In this document: positions 16,925 through 24,065 of the stretch, one piece after another | Position numbering within the stretch: the first letter of the stretch is position 1 | How the letters are laid out: each line of letters starts with the position of its first letter | Translations under genes and position numbers: made by a program | The notes under the pieces: model-generated | Databases searched by the model: none | Seen by the model: the letters and a program-made list of their open reading frames with translations, nothing else | Told to the model about the DNA's origin: nothing | From: a virus | Taxonomy: Duplodnaviria; Caudoviricetes | Reading direction: 5' to 3' (one strand) | Length of the DNA stretch: 50,485 nt | IMG/VR virus record: IMGVR_UViG_3300032373_000016 | Span: 1-50,485 of that record

Positions 16925-17104
16925 TTAGGGTCCGTCCATCAAGAATTTAAATCCTGCTACAGCCAGTAGGAGAAATACGGCCAAGAACGGCGCCATTCCA
17001 CCTAAGCTGTAAATCCACTGCACAGCTAGAAAGATGCTAGTCACAAGCGCGGTGCCCATCAAAAGCACTGCGCATAATATGCAGAGATATCGGAAAAAAT
17101 GCAT
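16925..17104 (-). CDS. Small two-TM membrane protein
   Basis: MHFFRYL...; two hydrophobic helices; CCAGGG RBS. Confidence 0.65.
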   Translation of the reverse strand: MHFFRYLCILCAVLLMGTALVTSIFLAVQWIYSLGGMAPFLAVFLLLAVAGFKFLMDGP

Positions 17105-17202
17105 TGTGGTTGTTTCCCTGGTGTGATGCCCAACAGCGGGCACCGGGAAACCCGGCTCGCTATTGCGAGGCCGGGCACCAGGAAACTCAATTGTGCGGCA
17201 GA

Positions 17203-17424
17203 CTATTCGTAGTATTCTTTCGAGTAGCGAACCTTCCAGCCGCCATGCAGGCGAAGGCGGGACCGACGAGCTTTTCGTTGAAGGCGGGCAGCATCTCGCC
17301 GCTGTTGTCGTGTAAGCGGCTTTGCTTTGGTCTTCTTGCTCTCGGCATCTTCGGGCATCTCCTTGGCCTTCTTGCGGAAGCCTGGGATGATATGCGCGTA
17401 AGCGCCTAGTCGTGGATCTTTCAT
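17203..17424 (-). CDS. Small basic protein with an arginine-rich motif (candidate RNA-binding/antiterminator)
   Basis: KPLTRQQRRDAARLQRKARRSRLR; TAGGAG RBS. Function is inferred. Confidence 0.6.
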   Translation of the reverse strand: MKDPRLGAYAHIIPGFRKKAKEMPEDAESKKTKAKPLTRQQRRDAARLQRKARRSRLRLHGGWKVRYSKEYYE

Positions 17425-17500
17425 GTGTGCTCCTATTTTGGCACCCAAAAACCCCGCTCACCGGAGTGAGGCGGGGCATCCCAAGTGGGATTAAATAGGA

Positions 17501-18058
17501 TCAGTGAGTGGCGGCTGTCGGTTTAATCAGATCAACTGCCTTTTCAAGATCAACGTTATGCCCGTTCTTTTTGGGCGTGAGGGGAACGAGGGTCTGTTTA
17601 TATGCCAAGCTAGCGTAATTTTGCTGTTGGCCCTCCACGGTGCCTTCCTGTCGATCCTGTGGCTTTTCGGTTTCTTCGGCCTCATAGCTATCATTGATAA
17701 CTTCAGGGCCAAAGATCGTGATCAGACCAAGGCCCAATCCTGCAAGCCACAACTGCCAGCCTGCCCAACCGGGGAACAACGTATTCCCCAAGCCTTTGTG
17801 GGCCCAATAAGCGATCAAGACAAACAGCGTGAACTGGATCCCAATGATCGGGTATTGTCGCCAGTTCTTCCGCTTCCGGTGTGTCAGTGTGAATTCCAAC
17901 AGGGACGCTTGAAGCATCGAGGCCATGATCAGCACAAAAACAAGGGTGAGTGTGACCAGCTCTGACGAGACGTCTTCGGTCTTACTGAAAAACCCCATAA
18001 GGATCTCAACGCCAACAAGACCAACCATGCCGATAACGGCAAAGTGTTTTCTTTTCAT
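17501..18058 (-). CDS. Four-TM membrane protein, first gene after a promoter
   Basis: Four hydrophobic segments plus a polar tail; CCAGGAG RBS. Confidence 0.75.
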   Translation of the reverse strand: MKRKHFAVIGMVGLVGVEILMGFFSKTEDVSSELVTLTLVFVLIMASMLQASLLEFTLTHRKRKNWRQYPIIGIQFTLFVLIAYWAHKGLGNTLFPGWAGWQLWLAGLGLGLITIFGPEVINDSYEAEETEKPQDRQEGTVEGQQQNYASLAYKQTLVPLTPKKNGHNVDLEKAVDLIKPTAATH

Positions 18059-18096
18059 TCAATTCTCCTGGGTTTGCGCATTGGGAGCGCACGGTT

Positions 18097-18124
18097 TAAA
18101 TACTAAAAATATCGAAAAATGCAA
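18097..18124 (-). promoter_or_regulatory. Leftward sigma70-like promoter
   Basis: TTGCAT-N16-TATTTA, followed by a CCCAA-loop hairpin (18075-18091) and an RBS. Confidence 0.55.
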
Positions 18125-18207
18125 GAAAAAAGTGCATTGGCGCTCAAGATAATTGCCAAACCCTAGCAAATTGATAATGTCCACGCTGGTTTATCGAAGG
18201 GCTTACC

Positions 18208-18741
18208 ATGTCAAGCAGAGCATCCCGCGCCGTAGAGATTGCGCGATTAGAAAAAGAGCTTCAAGACGCGAATTACTACAAGGAAAAATACAGGCGCCGC
18301 TTGATTGAGCTGGATCCTGACTATCTGAAAAAGGAACGGCCTACGCCTGTCGCCAAATACAGCAAAGCGCTGATTGATCGTGTAATGCTTATGGGCGATC
18401 AGGGCATGGCAGAGGATCAATGGGTTGCTGAGTTCGGATTGTCCCGGCGAACCTGGAACGAATGGAAAGCCCAATATCCCGAGCTCGTTGAAGCGGTTGA
18501 TCGTGGTTTGCAGCGCGCCCTGGCGTGGTGGCACGAGTCAGCGCGGCACGCGAACGAGACAGGAAACAGCAAATTTGGGATGTCGATTTACAAACAGCGC
18601 GTGGCTGAGATTGAGGGCGGCATGACTGACCTGGCCGCTGGTGACAATGGTGACGCAAGCCGCCTGGTCTTGCTGGATTTGAGAGAAGACCCTGAAGGCG
18701 AAATTCCTACACCGGGTTTCAACGAGCAGGACGCAGCATAG
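18208..18741 (+). CDS. Terminase small subunit
   Basis: P..KY....D.V...G..G......AEFGLSRRTWNEWK.QYPEL.EAV......AWW HTH pattern of P22/Sf6-like small terminases. Confidence 0.7.
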   Translation: MSSRASRAVEIARLEKELQDANYYKEKYRRRLIELDPDYLKKERPTPVAKYSKALIDRVMLMGDQGMAEDQWVAEFGLSRRTWNEWKAQYPELVEAVDRGLQRALAWWHESARHANETGNSKFGMSIYKQRVAEIEGGMTDLAAGDNGDASRLVLLDLREDPEGEIPTPGFNEQDAA

Positions 18742-18786
18742 CATGTTCATTTTCTCGGCCACAAATGAGGCGGAAAAAATGAACAC

Positions 18787-18823
18787 AAAAAAAGCCCGGC
18801 ACAATGGCCGGGCTGTTTCGTTT
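18787..18823. terminator. Bidirectional intrinsic terminator
   Basis: A-tract, AGCCCGGC-acaatg-GCCGGGCT, then a T-rich tail, between convergent genes. Confidence 0.8.
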
Positions 18824-18833
18824 GGTTGGTAGT

Positions 18834-19028
18834 TTACTCCCACGAAGCGTGTCCGTCTCGCCCGTAGGTCCGCTCCTCTACCGATGAGAAGTAGCGGTTA
18901 AGATCATCGGTGTTGAGCCAGTCTTGCTCGATTTGCTCTTCGATCTGTTCATCAGTCAGGCCGTCTTCGACTTCAACTGATTTCGTATAGGTCACGATTT
19001 CTGTGACGTGGTATTGAACCTTGGCCAT
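18834..19028 (-). CDS. DpnD/PcfM-like small acidic protein
   Basis: Y.VTEIVTYTKSVEVE....EQIEEQIEQDW pattern; TAGGAG RBS. Confidence 0.55.
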   Translation of the reverse strand: MAKVQYHVTEIVTYTKSVEVEDGLTDEQIEEQIEQDWLNTDDLNRYFSSVEERTYGRDGHASWE

Positions 19029-19098
19029 GATTTCTCCTAGTGCTGGCACGCCAAAACCCGGCCTGCGCTAGCAGGTCCGGGCAAGGTGTTTGGTGCGG

Positions 19099-19347
19099 CT
19101 ACTTGAGCGCGTCGAGGTGACGAGCAAGGGCCTGGTCGAACATGAGGTCCGCGACATACGCCGCCGCGTCCAGCATCGCTTCATAGCTGGCTTTGGTCAT
19201 GCTCGTTGTGAGGTAGAGGTGTTGAAGCTCTTCCCCGCGTTGGCTGAGATACATTTCGCATTCGGCTTCAGCCCTCTGCGTCGCGATATCCTCATTCGTA
19301 GGAACAGGGATAATCTCAGCGGTGATGTTTGCGAATGAAAGTTGCAT
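19099..19347 (-). CDS. Hypothetical protein
   Basis: ACCAGGAG RBS. Confidence 0.7.
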   Translation of the reverse strand: MQLSFANITAEIIPVPTNEDIATQRAEAECEMYLSQRGEELQHLYLTTSMTKASYEAMLDAAAYVADLMFDQALARHLDALK

Positions 19348-19362
19348 GGGTCTTCTCCTGGT

Positions 19363-19554
19363 CTAGGCGAAATGAATTCGCGCATATCGTTTATTCAACA
19401 CTGACATTTCGACTTCCTTAAAAATCAAAACAATGTCGTTAGACGCTTCAGGCTTCAACGTGCCTTTGTCGTCCAGATAACGAGCGAGGTGCAACGACCA
19501 TTCGGCCGCTGCAGTGTCTCGCATAATCTTCGCTTCGGTACGGTTAAAGAACAT
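19363..19554 (-). CDS. Hypothetical protein
   Basis: ORF overlapping the upstream stop. Confidence 0.55.
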   Translation of the reverse strand: MFFNRTEAKIMRDTAAAEWSLHLARYLDDKGTLKPEASNDIVLIFKEVEMSVLNKRYARIHFA

Positions 19555-19738
19555 TGCTCGTCGCCTTTCGTTTAGGGAAAAGCGGTCGCGCAATGTGATA
19601 CGCAAAGGCCGCTGCAATACCGCTGCCAATGTAGGCAGCCATTGAAACTAGCTCTGCACCAATCGAGGCGAGAAGAAACGCACACGCCAAGGCCGACAAA
19701 GCGAACACAACGCGTGCAAAGATAATAATAGCTTTCAT
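19544..19738 (-). CDS. Small two-TM membrane protein
   Basis: CCCAGGAG RBS; hydrophobic. Confidence 0.65.
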   Translation of the reverse strand: MKAIIIFARVVFALSALACAFLLASIGAELVSMAAYIGSGIAAAFAYHIARPLFPKRKATSNVL

Positions 19739-19858
19739 GCTATCTCCTGGGATGGATAGGACTTGATTGGGCCACATGGACGCCCCGCGTTAGCGGGCAA
19801 GGCGCCCGTGAGACCCAATCATAAATAAGTTGATCCGATAGGTGAGCCCCGAAGGGCT

Positions 19859-20098
19859 CTAGGCGGTAAGATCCGCCAGTAGTTCGTCATCAGTGTAGTT
19901 GACCTTGGCGCGGCGTTGTTTCCGCACGGTATAACCGGCCTCTTTCAGCTGATGCTTGACCGATGGCCAGGCGCTTCGCGGGATGTTGCAATCCGTGAAG
20001 TGCTCGTGAATCTCAGTCCAAATAGCCTCTGCTTGAGGGTTGTTCGGATAGAGTGACACGTAAAAGCCAAGGTCGATGAAGTTAAAATCGGTCTTCAT
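19859..20098 (-). CDS. Hypothetical protein
   Basis: TAAGGA RBS; followed by the hairpin GAGCCC-TTCGG-GGCTC. Confidence 0.65.
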   Translation of the reverse strand: MKTDFNFIDLGFYVSLYPNNPQAEAIWTEIHEHFTDCNIPRSAWPSVKHQLKEAGYTVRKQRRAKVNYTDDELLADLTA

Positions 20099-20224
20099 GA
20101 TTGGTGTCCTTATGTTGCTCACCAATCGAACCAACTTAAAATCCTAAATTGTCAAACAGCTTGCCAACTTGGGAGCTGGCACCTCAAAACCCGCCCCGGT
20201 CCATGACCGAGACGGGCGCTGAGT

Positions 20225-20341
20225 TTATCGCTTAGGTATCGCCTGGTTTATAACCGTTGATACGAAGGCGAGGATGACAACCGCTGACCCAAAGGTCGAA
20301 ATGATTGTCAGGGCGTCTTGTGCGAGCTGCTGGCTATCCAT
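20225..20341 (-). CDS. 38-aa single-TM peptide (MDSQQLAQDALTIISTFGSAVVILAFVSTVINQAIPKR), not in the ORF track
   Basis: Overlaps the stop of the upstream peptide; one hydrophobic helix. Confidence 0.55.
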   Translation of the reverse strand: MDSQQLAQDALTIISTFGSAVVILAFVSTVINQAIPKR

Positions 20342-20444
20342 CGTGCCGCTCGTCCCACAACTGAGACACCCAAGCACCAGATTCGCAAGCGAGCCAAGTG
20401 CAGACGCAAACTAGGCCGAGAATGGCCCAACCAATTGCTGACAT
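20334..20444 (-). CDS. 36-aa single-TM peptide (MSAIGWAILGLVCVCTWLACESGAWVSQLWDERHDG), not in the ORF track
   Basis: ACCAGGAG RBS directly after a promoter and a CCCAA hairpin. Confidence 0.65.
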   Translation of the reverse strand: MSAIGWAILGLVCVCTWLACESGAWVSQLWDERHDG

Positions 20445-20490
20445 GTAGTCTCCTGGTTTAATCGCCGGCATTTGGGAGCCGACAGGACAT

Positions 20491-20519
20491 CATATACACC
20501 CGCAACTGATCGATTGCAA
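20491..20519 (-). promoter_or_regulatory. Leftward sigma70 promoter
   Basis: TTGCAA-N17-TATATG on the minus strand, followed by hairpin 20464-20483. Confidence 0.65.
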
Positions 20520-21100
20520 GAAATAAATACACAAAAGGCGCATTTAGGCCACAATACAGGGCAATTCCCCACAAACTATCCCACCGCTACAGCTCAAAAG
20601 ACTGTAAAGATAGCTATATATAAACATACACTGATCACGCGCAGCGTGAACAACACTAGACTGAAACCAATAACAACAAACCACATCAACGCAGGGCTCA
20701 CGCAAGCTAAGCCTACACGCACCTACTCAACGCTTAAGCACACTCACTCGCACCAGCATCAGGCGCAACACGCTCCAACACACACCAACACGCTCAAGCC
20801 TGGACGAATTAAGAAAAAGAAAAAAGCTTGTGTTTTTCACTCGCGTTCGCCGGTTGGATGTCCCCGCGCGTGCTTATAGTGGGCGCAAATCGATGTGAAC
20901 TGATTGCGTATCAGCTACAAATCCCCATGAATGCAGGCCATCGAGACGATAGTTTGTGACAAACTGACGAAAAAAGGCCCCCCTGGGGGGTGGATCGCTA
21001 TTTTCGGGCGGGGGGAAAAATTCGCGGCCGGCTTCCAGGTCGATATATATATCCCCCCCGATTTTAAAAAAGGTAGTGTACTGCCTCAAATGTGTTATGA
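20520..21100. other. Largest non-coding region; candidate packaging-initiation/terminus site
   Basis: A/C-rich left part, a cluster of palindromes and G/C homopolymers, lying between divergent units and between terS and terL. Confidence 0.5.
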
Positions 21101-21141
21101 GATATTTTCCGAAGGCCCAATCTTCGGACCAGGAGAAGAGC

Positions 21142-21510
21142 ATGAAGAATTCTAAACAGGCATTTAGTGCGCGACAGCTTGTCGATCTTTATTCGGAGCT
21201 GGACGAAAGCAATCGCTATTGGGCGGATATGTTCCGCGATGAGGGAGAGTTGCGGATTTACGATTCATTTATTCACAATCCGATTTACGCTCCCGAGCAC
21301 GATAAGGCGAAGTGGTTGCACGCGGTTTCGATGGATAAAGACAATCGGACTATTCGGGTTCGTGCGACTTATCCTGATGGTACGGTTCGATTTTGGGATT
21401 GGGGCTTTGAGTTTTTTGAGGCAACAATTTACATTGGCCCATCGAAGCTGAGCTACATGCTTGGCTTCTATCGTGCGGCTTACCATCATCCTCAGCGTGA
21501 GCTGGATTAG
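21142..21510 (+). CDS. Hypothetical protein
   Basis: ACCAGGAG RBS before MKNSKQ. Confidence 0.7.
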   Translation: MKNSKQAFSARQLVDLYSELDESNRYWADMFRDEGELRIYDSFIHNPIYAPEHDKAKWLHAVSMDKDNRTIRVRATYPDGTVRFWDWGFEFFEATIYIGPSKLSYMLGFYRAAYHHPQRELD

Positions 21511-21678
21511 CGCTAGGCCAAAAAATTTTGATTGTTGCGCGAGATCTGTTATCGGGTTGTTGCGGCTTCATGAGAGCCGCTCCCTTTTGTAGAGTGTTCT
21601 GGCTTTGGCGGATAAACCCAATCCACACGTCGCTGAAGTCAGTTCACTCTACGTTTAGTTTTAAGGAGCTGGGAAAAC

Positions 21679-22137
21679 ATGCGTGAAGGTGTTGAATATC
21701 GTTATGACGATGAGAGTTTGCGTTTTCTGAGTGGCACGCCTGCAGAAGATGAGATGTCGAGTTGGGTGAGTGAGAGTGAGGCGGAGGCTTATCGGATTGC
21801 GTCACAGGCTTTTGATGATGTTGAGCGACAGGAAGTTGTTTATACAGAGAAGCTGGATCCTGCTTTGGAGAAGTTTAAGTCTAAGGCTGATGCAGCTCGT
21901 GAGAGAAGTGCGGCAGAGGATGCTGAGCTTTCTGGTGTACCGGATAAGATGCGGTTTAGTGGTTCGGTGCTTTTGAATTTTGCGAGTCTTGATCGGGATG
22001 GTGAGATGCCTGAATGGTTGGATCGTCTCGAGGCGGAAGTTTATGACCGCGTGGAAGGGATGTATCCCGACAATCAGGAATTCAATAACAACTATCCGAA
22101 TTTCCTGCAGGCTGAGATCAAGAAGCATCTAGGCTAA
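21679..22137 (+). CDS. Acidic hypothetical protein
   Basis: TAAGGAG RBS; strongly Asp/Glu-rich. Confidence 0.75.
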   Translation: MREGVEYRYDDESLRFLSGTPAEDEMSSWVSESEAEAYRIASQAFDDVERQEVVYTEKLDPALEKFKSKADAARERSAAEDAELSGVPDKMRFSGSVLLNFASLDRDGEMPEWLDRLEAEVYDRVEGMYPDNQEFNNNYPNFLQAEIKKHLG

Positions 22138-22177
22138 AAAAATTTTCTTTTTTTCGAGATCGTGATACTGCGGCTTC

Positions 22178-22354
22178 ATGGACGTATTGAACGATCTTCT
22201 GAAAGGGGTTTCCCCGGATGGTGCGGCAGCATGGTCTGGGGTTTCTCTATTTGCGCCGCGTAAAAAAGATTTGCGCGTCGTGGAGCTGCAGCCGGCGAAT
22301 GATGCGCGGGCGCGGCGGACGTTCGTATGTGTGCAGAAGCCAAAGGCTGCGTAA
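22178..22354 (+). CDS. 58-aa protein (MDVLNDLLKG...), possibly leaderless; not in the ORF track
   Basis: Open frame filling the gap; no SD; TACTGC lies 6 nt upstream of the ATG. Confidence 0.45.
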   Translation: MDVLNDLLKGVSPDGAAAWSGVSLFAPRKKDLRVVELQPANDARARRTFVCVQKPKAA

Positions 22355-22410
22355 GAGCGTTTCAAAGACCGGCTGTCTGAATATCCTGAGATCGATTTAG
22401 GAGATTAGCC

Positions 22411-22677
22411 ATGCGACGACTTGTTGAACTCACCTCAGATGGAGCGACACCCTGGATGTTGCTTCACGGGCCAACGACCGCGGCTATCGTAGATATTGCG
22501 GGCGGGTCTGCGCAGCTTCAGCTCAAAGGCAAAGATGATGCCGATTCAGAGCTGGCGCCATTTGGTGCGGCCAAGACGGCGAATGAAGCGTTCACCATTG
22601 GTGTTCAAAAACATGAGAAATTCGTTGTGCGCTTCAGCGTCACTGGCATGTCTGGCACTTTCCGAGCCTACATCTAA
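22411..22677 (+). CDS. Small beta-rich protein, putative virion component
   Basis: TAGGAG RBS; follows an AGAGCGTT promoter motif; coupled to the next gene. Confidence 0.6.
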   Translation: MRRLVELTSDGATPWMLLHGPTTAAIVDIAGGSAQLQLKGKDDADSELAPFGAAKTANEAFTIGVQKHEKFVVRFSVTGMSGTFRAYI

Positions 22678-23507
22678 TGACTATCGCAAGGTCGCTGATC
22701 ACGCCGCTGATCTATGACGTCACGCTTGGTTTGCTTGATGTGCCTGGTCTGGGTGGCGGGACGCCAACGCCTGTTCCAACATTGTCGCTGTCTTTTGCGT
22801 CTTCTTCCGTGGCAGAGGATGCCGGCACGGTAGTTGGCACTGTGACACGATCAGGCGATACGACTGGCGCCCTGACTGTGACGCTTGCGAGCGACGACAC
22901 GAGTGAGGCGACGGTTCCAGCATCGGTCGACATTGCCGATGGGGATTCAGATGCAGACTTTACGATCACCATTTTGAATGAGAACACAGCAGACGGTGAT
23001 CAGGTTGCGACCATCTCTGCGAGCGCCACGGACTTCACGGGAGCTTCGGCAAACGTCACGGTTACAGATGTTGGTGTTGCGACGAGCCTCAACCCGAACA
23101 GTGATTTCTCGAACGGCACGACTGGCTGGTTGATCGATAATTCGATGGGCGGCTTCAGTGGTGTCGGAAGCATCTCGGAAACAGGCGGCGAGCTAACATC
23201 TGCCTGCACGGGCGGAGTTGCTGTTTGGTTGATCACTGAAGCTGCTATCGTTGTGACGCCCGGCCAATCTTATGATGTCACTTATACGGTCACTGACCAG
23301 GCCGGAGGCTTCAACGGAATTGGTTGGTGGGATACTGCTGACACATCTGGATTCTTGCCAACCTTGCCCGATTTTATCTCTGGCGGGCCGTTTCCGGTCA
23401 CAAGCACGTTCCGCATCACGCCCGGATCAAGCCAAATCAGAATCGGCGCCCAGATGAACAATGGCGCATCGCTGACCTTCTCCGAGTTTAAGATCGAAGC
23501 GGCCTAA
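22677..23507 (+). CDS. Calx-beta/Ig-like plus CBM-like protein, putative capsid-displayed adhesin
   Basis: LSFASSSVAEDAG...TVTRSGDT..ALTVTL...DGDQ Calx-beta pattern; LNPNSDFSNGTTGW...VTPGQSY jelly-roll pattern. Confidence 0.7.
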   Translation: MTIARSLITPLIYDVTLGLLDVPGLGGGTPTPVPTLSLSFASSSVAEDAGTVVGTVTRSGDTTGALTVTLASDDTSEATVPASVDIADGDSDADFTITILNENTADGDQVATISASATDFTGASANVTVTDVGVATSLNPNSDFSNGTTGWLIDNSMGGFSGVGSISETGGELTSACTGGVAVWLITEAAIVVTPGQSYDVTYTVTDQAGGFNGIGWWDTADTSGFLPTLPDFISGGPFPVTSTFRITPGSSQIRIGAQMNNGASLTFSEFKIEAA

Positions 23508-23572
23508 GCGTAGAGCGTTTGGAGAAAGCCCCACTGGTCTATCTTGCTGGCAGCAAACTAGAGGGCTGACCA

Positions 23573-24001
23573 ATGGACGAGAACGAAGATCTCAAAGCAA
23601 AATATGAAAACATGCGGCAAAACGTGCGGCGCGCTATCGCTGTCGTTGCCGGTTTAGTTATTGCGGCAGGTGGCTTTTTGATCCTGACGCGCCTGTTTGG
23701 ATCTACCGGAATTGACGATGTTGGCTATTGGCCAATCGTTGTCGCGGCCGCAACCGTCGCTGGTTGGTGGGCTGCCCAAACAGACAATCGACGCGCGGTT
23801 CGAGAGAACGATAAAACCCTTATTGTCTCGAATTGGTGGCGCGATCTCACTGTGGTTGTTTCCTTCCTCGGTGCGGCCGCTGCTCTTATGAGCGCAATCG
23901 GATTCCTCGCCTGGGGCATTACTTTGGGCGCGGGGATTTCCTCGCTAGCTGGCTGGCTATCGGGGCGACACATTTGGAAACGCGCGCCGCTTACGAGTTA
24001 A
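23573..24001 (+). CDS. Four-TM membrane protein
   Basis: Four hydrophobic segments; own AGAGCGTT promoter motif. Confidence 0.7.
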   Translation: MDENEDLKAKYENMRQNVRRAIAVVAGLVIAAGGFLILTRLFGSTGIDDVGYWPIVVAAATVAGWWAAQTDNRRAVRENDKTLIVSNWWRDLTVVVSFLGAAAALMSAIGFLAWGITLGAGISSLAGWLSGRHIWKRAPLTS

Positions 24002-24065
24002 GTGCGTTTCTATCCTACCTAACTTCCTTCATGTTTTTCGTACCCAATAAGGGTGTCCGGTAAAC

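Noticed and set aside
17124-20217. CRISPR array or integron attC cassettes
   Set aside because: The repeats are structurally, not sequence, identical and irregularly spaced by whole genes. There are no cas genes, no GTTRRRY/RYYYAAC ends, and the integrase shows no evident IntI-specific insertion.
20472-20879. 135-aa Thr/His-rich ORF
   Set aside because: TTG start without an RBS, overlaps a leftward promoter, and its composition simply reflects the A/C-rich skewed DNA.
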